Source of the DNA: Pyrolobus fumarii 1A
Lineage (GTDB): Archaea > Thermoproteota > Thermoprotei_A > Sulfolobales > Pyrodictiaceae
NCBI RefSeq assembly: GCF_000223395.1
Contig: NC_015931.1
Coordinates: 180,001 to 212,000 of the forward strand
Direction: 5' to 3'
DNA: 32,000 nucleotides
Shown: piece by piece, positions 9,360-19,690 of the stretch
Numbering within the stretch: position 1 is the stretch's first letter
How the letters are laid out: every line of letters begins with the position of its first letter
Translations under genes and position numbers: made by a program
The notes under the pieces: generated by a model
Databases searched by the model: none
What the model was told of the DNA's origin: nothing
What the model saw: the letters and a program-made list of their open reading frames with translations, nothing else

Positions 9360-12300
9360 GTGGTGGCCCAGCAGGTCGAGTGGAGACCTTCGGCAGACGA
9401 TCGCTGGGCGATAATGAGGGCGTTCTTCGACGAGTATGGTCTTACAAAACAGCATATCGACTCCTACAATAGGTTCTTGGAACGCGACCTACTGGAGATT
9501 ATCAAGTCCTACTCTGTGATCGATGTAGGTGGGCAGTATAAGCTAGAGATAGTATTGGATGGTATCAAGAGTGGTTTAGAACTCCTCGGTCCGCCTATGG
9601 TGCGTGAGGGTGATGGTAGCGAGCGTACGGATGTGACTCCTCTTGAGTGCAGGATACGCGACCTTACGTATGAGGCGCCGATACGCGTCCGTGTTAGGCT
9701 TATAGAGGGAGTAGTCGTCGACGAGCAGGAAGTAGTGCTTGGCATGCTCCCAATAATGCTTAGATCTAAGGCTGACCCTCTCGCACGCTGCTTCTATGAG
9801 AGGGGTAACGTAAAGGAGTGTTATGAGCTGCTCATCCAGAAAGGTGAGGACCCGAGAGACCCAGGAGGCTACTTCATAATCAACGGCTCTGAGCGTGTAG
9901 TTGTGATACAAGAGGAGCAAGTGGTCAACCGTGTTCTCGTTGACAAGGGTAGGCAGCAGACAGGCGTCAAATTCACGGCTAAGGTTATCTCGTTCCACGC
10001 AGGCCTACGTTACCAGCTCATACTCGACATGCATAAGGACGGTACTCTGCACGTCTCTATGACCCGCGCAATAACCAAGATACCCTTCGTGATACTCCTG
10101 CGTGCACTTGGCCTAGAGCGTGACCGTGACATTGTCCTTGCGATTAGCACGGATCCCGAGATACAAAACATGTTGTATCCAAGCCTAGAGCAGGCACGTG
10201 CAATCGCAACACAGAAAGAAGCTCTGGAGTTCATAGGTGCTAGGTTCCGCGAGGGTATAGGCAAGCCTAGCGAACAGAGAATACGCGTTGCCGAGCACGC
10301 ACTAGATAACTTCCTACTGCCTCATCTAGGCACGAGACCCGAAGATAGGCTACGCAAGGCGCTCTTCCTAGCAGACATGGCTAGGAAGCTGCTCGAACTT
10401 GCAGCTGGGCGCCGCCAGCCCGACGACAAAGACCACTATGCTAACAAGAGGCTCCTCCTAGCCGGCGACCTTATAGCCATAGTATTCCGTACAGCGATGC
10501 GCTCTCTCTACCAAGACATACGCTCGCAACTCGAGCGTGCAAAAGCGAGAGGAAAGAGGATATCACCGCGGACAGTCATACGCCGTGACATCATAACTAA
10601 CAAGCTACACGATGCTCTTGCGACAGGTAACTGGCCGGGTCAGCGCACTGGTGTAAGCCAACTATTGGATCGCACCAACTGGCTCTCAATGTTAAGCCAC
10701 CTACGTCGTGTAGTATCCCCGCTTAGCAGGAGCCAGCCACACTTCGAGGCCAGAGACCTGCATGGTACCCACTGGGGCCGTATATGCCCATTCGAGACGC
10801 CTGAAGGACCGAACTGTGGTCTAGTCAAGAACCTCGCGCTAATGGCTTACATCTCGGCTGGTGTAGACGAGAAGGAGGTAGAGAAGGTAATACGCGAAAA
10901 CTTCGAGATAATTGATGCTGAGGAACTGTTACGCAAGCTTATCGAAACCGAGGATGTAAGCGAGTTCCTGCCATACTACATGGAGGTAACGTCAAAGTAC
11001 ACTAGGGTCTACATCAACGGACGTCTCATAGGCTACTATCCCGATGGCGAGAAGCTAGCCCAGGAGATTAGGAGGCTCAGGAGAGAGGGCAAGCTACACT
11101 ACGAGGTAAACGTAGCCTACTACCGTGACGTCAACGAGCTGTACGTCAACACGGATCCGGGCAGAGTGCTAAGACCACTCTTCGTAGTAGAGAATGGCAA
11201 GCTGAAGCTGAAACCTGAGCATATAGAGAAGATCAAGAAAGGTGAGTGGAAATTCACGGATCTATTAAAGCATGGAATAGTTGAGCTTCTAGATGCAGAG
11301 GAGGAGGAGAACGCCTACGTTGCTCTAAACCCAGAGGACATAACGCCCGAACACACGCACATGGAGATATGGACGCCCGCCATATTCGGTGTAACAGCGT
11401 CAACAATACCATATGCCGAACACAACCAGTCGCCACGTAACACCTACCAGGCAGCAATGGCCAAGCAGGCACTTGGCCTCTATGCAGCCAACTTCCAGAT
11501 AAGAGCCGATACTCGTGGCCACTTGCTACACTACCCAGAGAAGCCACTAGTGCAAACACGCGCTCTTGACATAATCGGGTTCAACAATAGGCCAGCAGGC
11601 CAGAACATGGTTGTAGCTGTGCTAAGCTTCACTGGCTACAACATCGAGGACGCCATCATAATGAACAAGTCCTCTATCGACAGAGGTCTGGCCAGGTCCA
11701 CGTTCTTCAGGCTGTATGCTACGGAGGAGCGCAAGTACAGTGGCGGTCAGAAGGACCTCCTAGGCTGTATAGACGATCCGCAGAGGAGACCAGGGTGTAT
11801 CGACATCAAGAGCATAATTGATGCGAAGCCTCCGATAGCCTACCGCAAGCTAGACATTGATGGTATTGTGAGCCCAGAGGTTGAAGTAGAGAGCGGCGAG
11901 GTATTGATAGGCAAGACGGCACCGCCAAAGTTTAGCGAGGAGTTCCGCGAGATAGCTGTCAGCACAGAGAGAAGGCGCGATGAAAGCGTATCAGTGAGGC
12001 ACGGCGAGCGCGGTACCGTAGACACAGTCTTCATAACGGAGACGAACGAGGGCTTCAAGCTGGTAAAGGTGCGTGTACGCGACCTCCGTATACCAGAATT
12101 CGGTGACAAGTTCGCATCAAGGCATGGTCAGAAAGGTGTGATAGGATTCCTCGTGCCACAGTATGACATGCCGTTCACCGAGGACGGTATAACACCCGAC
12201 CTCATAATCAACCCACACGCATTCCCATCCCGTATGACTCTAGGACAGCTACTTGAGACCATAGCCGGTAAGGTAGCGGCGCTATCGGCTAGGCTGATAG

Positions 12301-12869
12301 ACGCTACGCCGTTCTTCAAGGAGCCTGTTGAGAATCTACAGCTAGAGTTGCTAAAGTATGGCTTCTCGCCCGATGGCACAGAGATAATGTACGATGGGCG
12401 CACCGGTGAGATGCTGAGACACCCAGTGTTCATAGGCATTGTATACTACCAGAAGCTGCACCACATGGTAGCGGACAAGATTCATGCACGTGCTACGGGC
12501 CAGACGCAGCTACTCACAAGGCAGCCTACGGAGGGTAGAGCTAGGGGAGGCGGTCTACGCTTCGGTGAGATGGAGAGGGACTGTCTCGTCGGTCACGGTG
12601 CTGCAATGTTGCTACGTGAGCGTATGTTAGAGAGCAGCGACAAGTATGTGATGTACGTGTGTGAACTCTGTGGCCACATAGCATGGTTCGATAGAAACCG
12701 GAGAGCATTCGTGTGCCCAATACACAAAGAGGAGGGCAAGATATCGATAGTGGTTGTGCCATACGCGTTCAAGCTACTACTGCAAGAGTTGATGAGTATG
12801 GGTATAATGCCCCGCCTCCGCCTAGCACCAAAGTACGAACTTGGGAAGAAAGGTAAGGGTGAGGAGTAA
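9360..12869 (+). CDS. rpoB: RNA polymerase subunit Rpo2 (RpoB), unsplit
   Basis: 1169 aa with canonical blocks: [56 protein letters not shown], and a C-terminal Zn ribbon (CELCG...CPIH). The SD GGGGTGAG precedes GTG 9360. Confidence 0.97.
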   Translation: MVAQQVEWRPSADDRWAIMRAFFDEYGLTKQHIDSYNRFLERDLLEIIKSYSVIDVGGQYKLEIVLDGIKSGLELLGPPMVREGDGSERTDVTPLECRIRDLTYEAPIRVRVRLIEGVVVDEQEVVLGMLPIMLRSKADPLARCFYERGNVKECYELLIQKGEDPRDPGGYFIINGSERVVVIQEEQVVNRVLVDKGRQQTGVKFTAKVISFHAGLRYQLILDMHKDGTLHVSMTRAITKIPFVILLRALGLERDRDIVLAISTDPEIQNMLYPSLEQARAIATQKEALEFIGARFREGIGKPSEQRIRVAEHALDNFLLPHLGTRPEDRLRKALFLADMARKLLELAAGRRQPDDKDHYANKRLLLAGDLIAIVFRTAMRSLYQDIRSQLERAKARGKRISPRTVIRRDIITNKLHDALATGNWPGQRTGVSQLLDRTNWLSMLSHLRRVVSPLSRSQPHFEARDLHGTHWGRICPFETPEGPNCGLVKNLALMAYISAGVDEKEVEKVIRENFEIIDAEELLRKLIETEDVSEFLPYYMEVTSKYTRVYINGRLIGYYPDGEKLAQEIRRLRREGKLHYEVNVAYYRDVNELYVNTDPGRVLRPLFVVENGKLKLKPEHIEKIKKGEWKFTDLLKHGIVELLDAEEEENAYVALNPEDITPEHTHMEIWTPAIFGVTASTIPYAEHNQSPRNTYQAAMAKQALGLYAANFQIRADTRGHLLHYPEKPLVQTRALDIIGFNNRPAGQNMVVAVLSFTGYNIEDAIIMNKSSIDRGLARSTFFRLYATEERKYSGGQKDLLGCIDDPQRRPGCIDIKSIIDAKPPIAYRKLDIDGIVSPEVEVESGEVLIGKTAPPKFSEEFREIAVSTERRRDESVSVRHGERGTVDTVFITETNEGFKLVKVRVRDLRIPEFGDKFASRHGQKGVIGFLVPQYDMPFTEDGITPDLIINPHAFPSRMTLGQLLETIAGKVAALSARLIDATPFFKEPVENLQLELLKYGFSPDGTEIMYDGRTGEMLRHPVFIGIVYYQKLHHMVADKIHARATGQTQLLTRQPTEGRARGGGLRFGEMERDCLVGHGAAMLLRERMLESSDKYVMYVCELCGHIAWFDRNRRAFVCPIHKEEGKISIVVVPYAFKLLLQELMSMGIMPRLRLAPKYELGKKGKGEE

Positions 12870-15517
12870 TGGTTGAAGAGAAGATCATCAAAGAGATCAA
12901 GTTTGGCATTCTATCGCCAGACGAGATCAGAAAAATGTCGGTAGTTGCCATAACGACAGACCAGCTCTACGACCCCGACGGTAGGCCGATACCAGGCGGC
13001 CTAATGGATCCAAGGTTGGGCGCTGCCATACCAGGGCAAAGATGTGAAACATGTGGTAATGACTACAGGCTATGCCCTGGACACTTTGGGCGTATCGAGC
13101 TCGCGTTACCTGTGATAAACGTTGGTTTCGCTAGGCACATCTACGAGATTCTAAGGGCTACCTGCCGCAACTGTGGTAGAATCAAGCTCCCGGAGCGCGA
13201 GTTAAAGCGCTACCTCAAGCTCCTAGAGAGGTTGAAGAACAAGTGGCCGCTACTAGCGAAAGCACTGATTAACGAGGTAAAGCAGCGCGCGGCGAAAACC
13301 ACAGAGTGTCCGCATTGCAAGGAGCACAACTACAAGATTGTATTTGAGAAGCCATACAAGTACTATGAGGATAGGCCTGCTGGTCGTGTACCACTAAACC
13401 CGCGTGAGGTAAGGTCAAGGCTCGAAAAGATACCAGACGACGATGTAAAGCTGCTAGGCCTGGATCCAAAGGAGGCTAGGCCAGAGTGGATGGTGCTTAC
13501 AGTCCTGCCGGTGCCACCAATACACGTTAGACCATCTATAGTTCTAGAGACCGGTATCCGTGCCGAGGACGACCTGACGCACAAGTTGGCGGATATCGTG
13601 CGCACTAACGAGAAGCTACGCGAGACTCTAGAAAGCGGCATGCCACACAGCGTCATAGACGAGTGGTGGAATCTACTACAGTACCACGTTGCAACCTATA
13701 TTGACAACGAGCTGCCCAAGATACCGGTTGCGAGACAGCGTGGAGGTCTAGGTAGGCCACTCAAGGGTCTCGCTCAGAGGCTCAAGGGCAAGGAGGGCAG
13801 ATTCAGAGGCAACCTTAGCGGTAAGAGAGTCAACTTCTCCGCGCGTACTGTGATATCTCCAGACCCAAACATAAGCATAAACGAAGTTGGCGTGCCAATC
13901 GAGATAGCGAAGATACTAACAGTGGCCGTGAGAGTTACGCCGTGGAACATTGAGGAACTCAGAAAGTATGTGATTAACGGCCCTGACAAGTGGCCCGGTG
14001 CGAACTATGTGATAGACCCGAGAGGCCGCAAGATAGACCTGAGATTCGCTGATAGAAAGAGTATAGCCGAGGCTCTCCAGCCAGGATGGATAGTTGAGAG
14101 GCACCTAAAGGATGGTGACATAGTCCTATTCAACCGTCAGCCATCTCTACACAGAATGTCAATAATGGCTCATATAGTCCGCGTATTGCCAGGTAAGACG
14201 TTCAGGTTGAACCTGCTAGTATGCCCGCCATACAACGCCGACTTCGACGGCGACGAGATGAACCTACATGTGCCTAGGACCGAGGAGGCGCAGGCTGAGG
14301 CTCGCGAGCTGATGCTAGTCCAGTTCCACATCCTAACGCCACGCTATGGCGGTGTGATAATAGGCGGGCTGCAAGACTATATTAGTGGTGCTTACCTGCT
14401 GACGAGCAAGGCTACAATCCTAACACTTGACGACGTAGTAGATTTGCTTGCAGCGGCAAAGTACGAGGGTGAGATCCCAGAGCCAGTGATACTCTCGCCA
14501 AAGAAGCTCTGGACTGGCAAGCAGCTAGTAAGCCTCTTCCTACCGAAGGACTTCACGTTTAGGGGTAAGGCTAAGATAAGCTCTGGTGCATTCGCGTGTA
14601 GCGACGAGTTATGCTGGAACGACAGCTACATAGTAATAAAGAACGGTGAACTCCTCGAGGGAGTGTTTGACAAGAAAGCCATTGGTGCAGAGCAGACTGA
14701 GAGCGTGCTCCACCAGCTGACAAAAGAGTATGGATTCGACTACGTAAGGCGACTCATGGATACACTGTTCAAGATGTTCCTGAGATACATAGAGAAGCAC
14801 GGATTCACCATGACGCTCGAAGACGTGGCGTTGCCGCCCGAGGCTAAGGAGCACATACGTGAGATACTAAAAGAGGCTGAGAAGAAGGTCCAGGAGCTAA
14901 TCGAGCAATATCGTGAGGGTAGGCTCGAACCAGTACCTGGCCGCACGCTTGAAGAGACGCTGGAGCTAAAGATCATTGAGGCGTTGACAGACGCCCGTAG
15001 GAAGATAGAGCAGTACGTGGCAGACGTTCTTGACCCATTCAACAACGTATTCATTATGGCTAGGACTGGTGCCCGTGGCAACGAGCTCAACATAACACAA
15101 ATGGCTGCGATACTAGGTCAGCAGACTGTGCGCGGTGAGCGAATATCCCGCGGATATAGAGGCAGGTACTTGCCACACTTCAAACCAGGAGACCTAGGTC
15201 CAGCTGCACGCGGATTCGTATATCACGGATTCTACGATGGACTAACGCCGACAGAGGTGTTCTTCCACGCAGCTGGCGGCCGCGAGGGTCTAGTAGACAC
15301 TGCCGTGAGAACGAGCCAGAGCGGTTACATGCAGAGGCGTCTAATCAATGCCCTGCAGGATCTACGCGTGGAGTATGACGGTACTGTGAGGCTACCGGAC
15401 GGCACTCTAGTGCAGATAAAGTATGGTGAGGATGGAGTCGATCCAATGAAGAGCGCGCACGGTAAAGCAGTAAACGTTGATAGGGTTATAGAGCGAGTAA
15501 TCGGCTGGAGAACGTAG
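12869..15517 (+). CDS. rpoA1: RNA polymerase subunit Rpo1N (RpoA')
   Basis: 882 aa. Contains the Zn-binding CETCG...CPGHFG, the catalytic [12 protein letters not shown], and RQPSLHRMS. The start overlaps the rpoB stop (TAATG). Confidence 0.97.
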   Translation: MVEEKIIKEIKFGILSPDEIRKMSVVAITTDQLYDPDGRPIPGGLMDPRLGAAIPGQRCETCGNDYRLCPGHFGRIELALPVINVGFARHIYEILRATCRNCGRIKLPERELKRYLKLLERLKNKWPLLAKALINEVKQRAAKTTECPHCKEHNYKIVFEKPYKYYEDRPAGRVPLNPREVRSRLEKIPDDDVKLLGLDPKEARPEWMVLTVLPVPPIHVRPSIVLETGIRAEDDLTHKLADIVRTNEKLRETLESGMPHSVIDEWWNLLQYHVATYIDNELPKIPVARQRGGLGRPLKGLAQRLKGKEGRFRGNLSGKRVNFSARTVISPDPNISINEVGVPIEIAKILTVAVRVTPWNIEELRKYVINGPDKWPGANYVIDPRGRKIDLRFADRKSIAEALQPGWIVERHLKDGDIVLFNRQPSLHRMSIMAHIVRVLPGKTFRLNLLVCPPYNADFDGDEMNLHVPRTEEAQAEARELMLVQFHILTPRYGGVIIGGLQDYISGAYLLTSKATILTLDDVVDLLAAAKYEGEIPEPVILSPKKLWTGKQLVSLFLPKDFTFRGKAKISSGAFACSDELCWNDSYIVIKNGELLEGVFDKKAIGAEQTESVLHQLTKEYGFDYVRRLMDTLFKMFLRYIEKHGFTMTLEDVALPPEAKEHIREILKEAEKKVQELIEQYREGRLEPVPGRTLEETLELKIIEALTDARRKIEQYVADVLDPFNNVFIMARTGARGNELNITQMAAILGQQTVRGERISRGYRGRYLPHFKPGDLGPAARGFVYHGFYDGLTPTEVFFHAAGGREGLVDTAVRTSQSGYMQRRLINALQDLRVEYDGTVRLPDGTLVQIKYGEDGVDPMKSAHGKAVNVDRVIERVIGWRT

Positions 15518-15518
15518 C

Positions 15519-16793
15519 ATGCCGCAGGCCCCGCAGCAATATTTGTATGAGTGGTCGGAGCTCGAGAAGTTAATCCACGAGGATCTAGAGTGGGCGCGTG
15601 CCAAGCTGCCCAAGAAGATTTTCGATGAGCTTGTTTCTAAACTACAATCGACTACTAGCAAGTATGGGCTGAGTGTAGATGAGGCGCGTAGAATAATCCG
15701 TGAGGTTGTCAACGAATACGAGTTAAGCCTTGTAGAGCCTGGCGAGCCCGTCGGTACAGTTGCAGCGCAGTCCATAGGCGAGCCAGGTACGCAGATGACT
15801 CTACGTACTTTCCACTACGCAGGTGTTAGGGAGTTCAACGTTACTCTCGGTCTACCTAGATTCATTGAGCTAGTTGACGCGAAAAAGGAGCCATCGACAC
15901 CAATGATGACCGTCTATCTTGATGAGGAGCATAAATATGACCTTGAGAAGGCAAAGGCAGTTGCTCGTGCAATCGAGTATACTCGTGTAGAGAACGTCGC
16001 AAGTGAGGTATACATTGACATGGCAACCTTGAGTATAGTCGTGAAGCTAGATAAGACGATGCTAGAGGATAAGGGCGTTACAGTAGAGCAGGTGAAGAGA
16101 GTTCTAGAGAAACTGAAGTTGGGTACAGTCCGCGAAGATCCTAACGATCCCTACACTCTCAGGATAGAACTGCCCATAGAGTCCATGGGTGCAATTAACA
16201 TTATCGAATTGCAGAAGAAGAAGGATAGAGTGCTAAACGCGAAGATAAAGGGTATAAAGAAGATAAGGCGCGTTGTAGTTCAGAGTGTAGATCTGCCCGA
16301 TGGTAGAAAAGAGTACTATCTGTTGACTGAAGGTAGTAGCCTAAAGGAAGTGCTTGAGGTTCCTGGTGTAGATCCTGTACACACGATAACCAATAACATC
16401 AGGGAGATAGAGCAGGTGCTTGGCATAGAGGCTGCTCGATACGCGCTCATAAAGGAGATGAAAGGCGTGCTAGATGACCAGGGTCTTGACGTTGACATTC
16501 GTCACTTGATACTAGTTGCCGATATCATGACGCAGACTGGTAGGGTTAGGCAGATAGGTAGGCATGGTGTAAGCGGTGAGAAGCCAAGTGTACTCGCGCG
16601 TGCCGCCTTCGAGATGACGGTGCAGCACCTCTTTGATGCTGCAGCTAGAGGCGAGGCTGATAGAATTCTAGGAGTGACTGAGAACGTGATAGTTGGCGGT
16701 GTTGTGCCAGTAGGCACGGGGATAACTGAGATATACATGGTGCCACGAGTTGAGCCCCTCACCGGTAGGAGTAGGGAGGGTGGCAGCGGATGA
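15519..16793 (+). CDS. rpoA2: RNA polymerase subunit Rpo1C (RpoA'')
   Basis: 424 aa. Contains the trigger-loop region [17 protein letters not shown] and C-terminal conserved blocks ([21 protein letters not shown]). Confidence 0.95.
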   Translation: MPQAPQQYLYEWSELEKLIHEDLEWARAKLPKKIFDELVSKLQSTTSKYGLSVDEARRIIREVVNEYELSLVEPGEPVGTVAAQSIGEPGTQMTLRTFHYAGVREFNVTLGLPRFIELVDAKKEPSTPMMTVYLDEEHKYDLEKAKAVARAIEYTRVENVASEVYIDMATLSIVVKLDKTMLEDKGVTVEQVKRVLEKLKLGTVREDPNDPYTLRIELPIESMGAINIIELQKKKDRVLNAKIKGIKKIRRVVVQSVDLPDGRKEYYLLTEGSSLKEVLEVPGVDPVHTITNNIREIEQVLGIEAARYALIKEMKGVLDDQGLDVDIRHLILVADIMTQTGRVRQIGRHGVSGEKPSVLARAAFEMTVQHLFDAAARGEADRILGVTENVIVGGVVPVGTGITEIYMVPRVEPLTGRSREGGSG

Positions 16794-17128
16794 GCCTGGC
16801 TAGGGCGGTATCGGAGTTTGAGCGTGAACTCCTAAACGCCCTAAAGACTGGCAAGGTCATACTCGGCACCCGTAAGACCCTCAAACTGTTGAAACTCGGT
16901 AGGCTCAAGGCAGTTGTGGTTGCAGCAAACGCGCCACCGGAGGTAAAGCAGGAGATACTATACTACGCGTCGCTAGGCGATATACCAGTGTATGTGTATC
17001 CAGGCACTAGTGTGGAGCTGGGCGCTGCATGCGGTAAGCCGTTTACAGTGATGAGCCTAGGCATAGTTGATGAAGGGCAATCGAGAATCGTAGACCTCAT
17101 CCGCCAATACGCTAGCCAAGCCAAATAA
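16790..17128 (+). CDS. rpl30e: Ribosomal protein eL30 (L30e)
   Basis: 112 aa. [13 protein letters not shown]...[10 protein letters not shown]...YYA....IPVY.Y.G.S.ELG.ACGKPF fits the L7Ae/L30e fold. The start overlaps the rpoA2 stop as ATGA. Confidence 0.9.
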   Translation: MSLARAVSEFERELLNALKTGKVILGTRKTLKLLKLGRLKAVVVAANAPPEVKQEILYYASLGDIPVYVYPGTSVELGAACGKPFTVMSLGIVDEGQSRIVDLIRQYASQAK

Positions 17129-17155
17129 CATAGGGTAGAAAACCGGATATACACT

Positions 17156-17189
17156 CTCACCGCCCACCGGGCTTTCGGATGGAGGTGAG
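17156..17189 (+). promoter_or_regulatory. Predicted RNA hairpin whose 3' arm contains the nusA Shine-Dalgarno sequence
   Basis: CTCACC(17156-61) pairs with GGTGAG(17184-89), CCA(64-66) with TGG(80-82), and CCG(67-69) with CGG(76-78). Loop GGCTTT, bulged A79. The SD GGAGGTGA occupies 17181-17188. Confidence 0.35.
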
Positions 17190-17197
17190 CCTCGGGG

Positions 17198-17635
17198 GTG
17201 CCGAGTAACGAAATCAGGCTAACAGCCGAAGAGATCCGCTACATGTCGCTTCTTCAGGACTTGACGGGTGCAGTAGCCCGCGACTGTATAATAGACGCAG
17301 AGAACAATCGCATTATATTCATAGTACGTCCGGGCGACGCAGGCAAGGTAATTGGCCGTCGCGGCACAAACATTAACAGGCTACGCAAGATTTTCAACAG
17401 AGATGTTGACGTAGTAGAGTATGCCGATAACCTAGAGGACATGGTTCGCAACATATTCTCCTCGGCAAAGATACTGGGCATGAGGCTTGTCACACGTGGC
17501 GACAAGAAGATACTCTACGTTGCCGTAGACCCCAACGACAAGGGTAAGGCAATCGGCCGCGGTGGCAGGAAGATATCCCTCGCCAGGCTAGTGCTAAAGA
17601 GATACTTTGACATTGACGACGTGCGGATAAGGTAA
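17198..17635 (+). CDS. nusA: Archaeal NusA-like transcription factor (two KH domains)
   Basis: LTAEEIRYMSLLQDLTGAVARDCIID..NRIIFIV..GDAGKVIGRRGTNI ... GKAIGRGGRKI. The GXXG KH motifs occur twice. GTG start with GGAGGTGA 9 nt upstream. Confidence 0.9.
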   Translation: MPSNEIRLTAEEIRYMSLLQDLTGAVARDCIIDAENNRIIFIVRPGDAGKVIGRRGTNINRLRKIFNRDVDVVEYADNLEDMVRNIFSSAKILGMRLVTRGDKKILYVAVDPNDKGKAIGRGGRKISLARLVLKRYFDIDDVRIR

Positions 17636-17642
17636 GATTCGC

Positions 17643-17650
17643 CTATAAAC
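17643..17650 (+). promoter_or_regulatory. TATA-box-like element upstream of uS12
   Basis: CTATAAAC is centred about 39 nt upstream of TTG 17686. That predicts a transcription start near 17673 and a short leader. Confidence 0.4.
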
Positions 17651-17685
17651 CAGAATCCAGTCGAACCCCAGAGGGGTAGCAGAAC

Positions 17686-18129
17686 TTGACGGGCAAGAAG
17701 TCGCCCAACGGTCTATTCGCTGCAAGAAAGCTACGTAAGAAGAGGCTCAAGTTTAGGTGGAGCCAGCGTGAGTTCAAGATACGCATGCTAGGCTTGAAGA
17801 AGAAGTATGACCCACTTGAGGGTGCACCAATGGCGCGTGGTATCGTACTAGAGAAGACCGGTGTCGAGGCGCGTCAGCCCAACTCGGCGCTGCGAAAGTG
17901 CGTGCGTGTGCAGCTAGTTAAGAACGGCCGTGTTGTAACAGCCTTCGTGCCTGGCGACGGTGGCCTCCTAGTAATTGACGAGCACGATGAGGTTCTGATA
18001 GAGGGTATTGGAGGTCCCCGTGGACGCTCTATGGGTGACATTCCAGGTGTGAGATACAAGGTGGTCACGGTTAACGGCGTCTCGCTAAAAGCTATACTAG
18101 AGGGTAAAAAGCAAAAGCCGACAAGGTAA
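17686..18129 (+). CDS. rps12: Ribosomal protein uS12
   Basis: GLFAARKL...[37 protein letters not shown] is the canonical archaeal S12 sequence. TTG start. Confidence 0.95.
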   Translation: MTGKKSPNGLFAARKLRKKRLKFRWSQREFKIRMLGLKKKYDPLEGAPMARGIVLEKTGVEARQPNSALRKCVRVQLVKNGRVVTAFVPGDGGLLVIDEHDEVLIEGIGGPRGRSMGDIPGVRYKVVTVNGVSLKAILEGKKQKPTR

Positions 18130-18252
18130 TGTATTATAAAACAAACATTGTTTACAGAGAATAATTAGCTAGGGGCACTGCAAACGCAGGAGTGGGAGTT
18201 TCCGGTTCTAACTTCTCACTTGTCTGGCTACGTTTCGCCCTCCTATCTCTCA

Positions 18253-18260
18253 CTATAAAG
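18253..18260 (+). promoter_or_regulatory. Orphan TATA-box-like element with no protein gene downstream on either strand
   Basis: CTATAAAG has the same form as the four gene-associated TATA elements. It sits inside the 295-bp uS12/BFN spacer and is immediately followed by a GGTTCTAGA repeat. Confidence 0.3.
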
Positions 18261-18264
18261 CCTA

Positions 18265-18305
18265 GGTTCTAGATCTAAGAGTGTACAGCCACTGGTGGTT
18301 CTAGA
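18265..18305. repeat. Two exact copies of GGTTCTAGA spaced 32 bp apart (18265-18273 and 18297-18305)
   Basis: Read directly from the sequence. A third GGTTCTA lies at 18204-18210 in the same spacer. Confidence 0.8.
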
Positions 18306-18424
18306 CGGTCTCGTTATCATTGTTTGGCGGATTGTAGTCTTGGCGCGCTACTAGACATGAAGGTTCCTGTGTATAACTCTCATAAGGGATTAGCGTCTTG
18401 GGCTCTTGTGAAATTGTGAAAATG

Positions 18425-18940
18425 TTAGAATTCTTCTTCCTCCTCCTCTTCTTCCTCAGATTCTTCAAGCTCCTCGAGCTCTTCTAGTATTGCGGCGTGT
18501 AGTCTCTCTTGTTCATCCACGAGCCTCTTTGAGACGTATATCGGCTTCTCCGCTAGTAGTGCAAGATAGATTGCATGGCTCGGTATCATCTTTTTGCGTA
18601 GTGTTATGCCGCCTAGGTCGAACTCAATTACGGCTGTGTAGAGTCCGGTGTCGTGGTTGAACTCGTTTATTACTACGCGTGTTAGTCGGTCTAGAAGATC
18701 CTTTATGAAGTCCTTTAAGTCTACAAGTGCGTCAAACACGCTCTCTCGATTCGCGTACATGGTATAACTTGTGCCCTCTTTCATTTTATGGACTGCGCTT
18801 GCTACTTCTGGCGGTATACCGTACAACCGGAATATGCGACCATCTTCTAGTCGGAACTCTAGTATCCAGCCTGCGTTTGTCACGCGTGGTTGTACATCCT
18901 CTACTAGTAGGTTGACGTCTCTGCCCGGTGGTGGCGGCAA
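18425..18940 (-). CDS. BFN (DUF151, bifunctional nuclease) domain protein with a poly-Glu C-terminal tail
   Basis: 171 aa. The layout V-x-V..V....ILEF-L-DGRIF-LYGIPPEVASAV ... IPSHAIYLALLAEKPIYVSKRLVDE resembles the DUF151 pattern (I-I-G..EA.AI ... RPSDAIALA...PI.V...V). The C-terminus is EELEELEESEEEEEEEEEF. The start is TTG 18940 because there is no upstream ATG. Confidence 0.55.
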   Translation of the reverse strand: MPPPPGRDVNLLVEDVQPRVTNAGWILEFRLEDGRIFRLYGIPPEVASAVHKMKEGTSYTMYANRESVFDALVDLKDFIKDLLDRLTRVVINEFNHDTGLYTAVIEFDLGGITLRKKMIPSHAIYLALLAEKPIYVSKRLVDEQERLHAAILEELEELEESEEEEEEEEEF

Positions 18941-18990
18941 GCTAGGTCCCGGGGTGATAACGCTAGAATGAGGCCTATTTGCAGCACGGC

Positions 18991-18998
18991 TTTATAAG
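18991..18998 (+). promoter_or_regulatory. Consensus TATA box for the uS7-EF1alpha-uS10 unit (possibly bidirectional toward the BFN gene)
   Basis: TTTATAAG sits in the 66-93-bp divergent spacer. The predicted start is near 19021, and GGTG lies 5 nt before ATG 19034. Confidence 0.55.
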
Positions 18999-19033
18999 AG
19001 GTTGATGTGGCGGCGTTTACCCCGGGTGCAGGT

Positions 19034-19639
19034 ATGTCTAGTGCGGGTCAAGCCACGCAGCTTGAGCCCAAGCCCGAGGAGCCAAAGCTCTTTGGCAAGT
19101 GGAGCTTCGAGGGCATAGAGATTCGCGACCCAGGTTTAAAGAGGTATATCTGTCTTAAGCCTGTATGGTTGCCTCATACTGGCGGGCGTCACGAGCATAG
19201 AAGGTTTGGCAAGGCAGAGGTGCCTGTCGTAGAGAGGTTGATAAACAAGCTAATGAGGCCCGGCAGGAACATGGGTAAGAAGCACCTCGCTTATAACATA
19301 GTTAAGCATGCGTTTGAGATAATCTACCTTAAGACTGGTGAAAATCCGATACAGGTTCTGATACGTGCTATCGAGAATGCTGCTCCACGTGAGGATGTCA
19401 CGCGTATCATGTACGGTGGTATAACTTACTTCGTTGCTGTCGACGTCTCGCCGCAGAGACGTGTTGATGTAGCACTTAAGCATCTGACGGAAGGTGCAAG
19501 GATGTGCGCATTCAACAACCCAAGGCCTATTGAAGAGTGTCTAGCTGACGAGATCATAGCGGCTGCTAACAACGACTCGAGGAGCTATGCTATACGCAAG
19601 AAAGAGGAGATAGAGCGTATAGCTCTAAGCTCACGCTAA
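19034..19639 (+). CDS. rps7: Ribosomal protein uS7
   Basis: [21 protein letters not shown]...[22 protein letters not shown].. is the archaeal S7 sequence. ATG 19034 is preferred. The consensus TATA at 18991-18998 would place the transcription start downstream of the track's GTG 19007. Confidence 0.92.
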   Translation: MSSAGQATQLEPKPEEPKLFGKWSFEGIEIRDPGLKRYICLKPVWLPHTGGRHEHRRFGKAEVPVVERLINKLMRPGRNMGKKHLAYNIVKHAFEIIYLKTGENPIQVLIRAIENAAPREDVTRIMYGGITYFVAVDVSPQRRVDVALKHLTEGARMCAFNNPRPIEECLADEIIAAANNDSRSYAIRKKEEIERIALSSR

Positions 19640-19641
19640 AG

Positions 19642-19649
19642 CTTATAAA
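19642..19649 (+). promoter_or_regulatory. TATA-box-like element upstream of EF-1alpha
   Basis: CTTATAAA begins 3 nt after the uS7 stop, about 45 nt upstream of ATG 19691. Confidence 0.45.
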
Positions 19650-19690
19650 CACCTTTTAGCCAAACCGTCGCACGAAGGGTGGTAGACGGC

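Noticed and set aside
9361-10380. High CTAG frequency (8 occurrences in 1020 nt of rpoB, versus about 4 expected for equal base use)
   Set aside because: This appears to be a background property of the DNA (frequent CTA Leu codons and xxC-TAG-like junctions), not a local signal. I record it mainly because it weakens the significance of the CTAG-containing motifs reported as findings.
18130-18424. Replication origin or structured RNA (SRP RNA, RNase P RNA) in the long spacers 18130-18424 and 21574-22071
   Set aside because: No ORB or mini-ORB-like repeats and no adjacent orc1/cdc6 gene are present. Stable RNAs of hyperthermophiles are GC-rich and helix-rich, whereas these spacers are AT-richer or C-depleted with only short hairpins.
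19007-19033. GTG 19007 as the uS7 start
   Set aside because: The only good TATA box in the 66-nt divergent spacer (18991-18998) would place the transcription start near 19021, downstream of this GTG. ATG 19034 with GGTG 5 nt upstream fits better.
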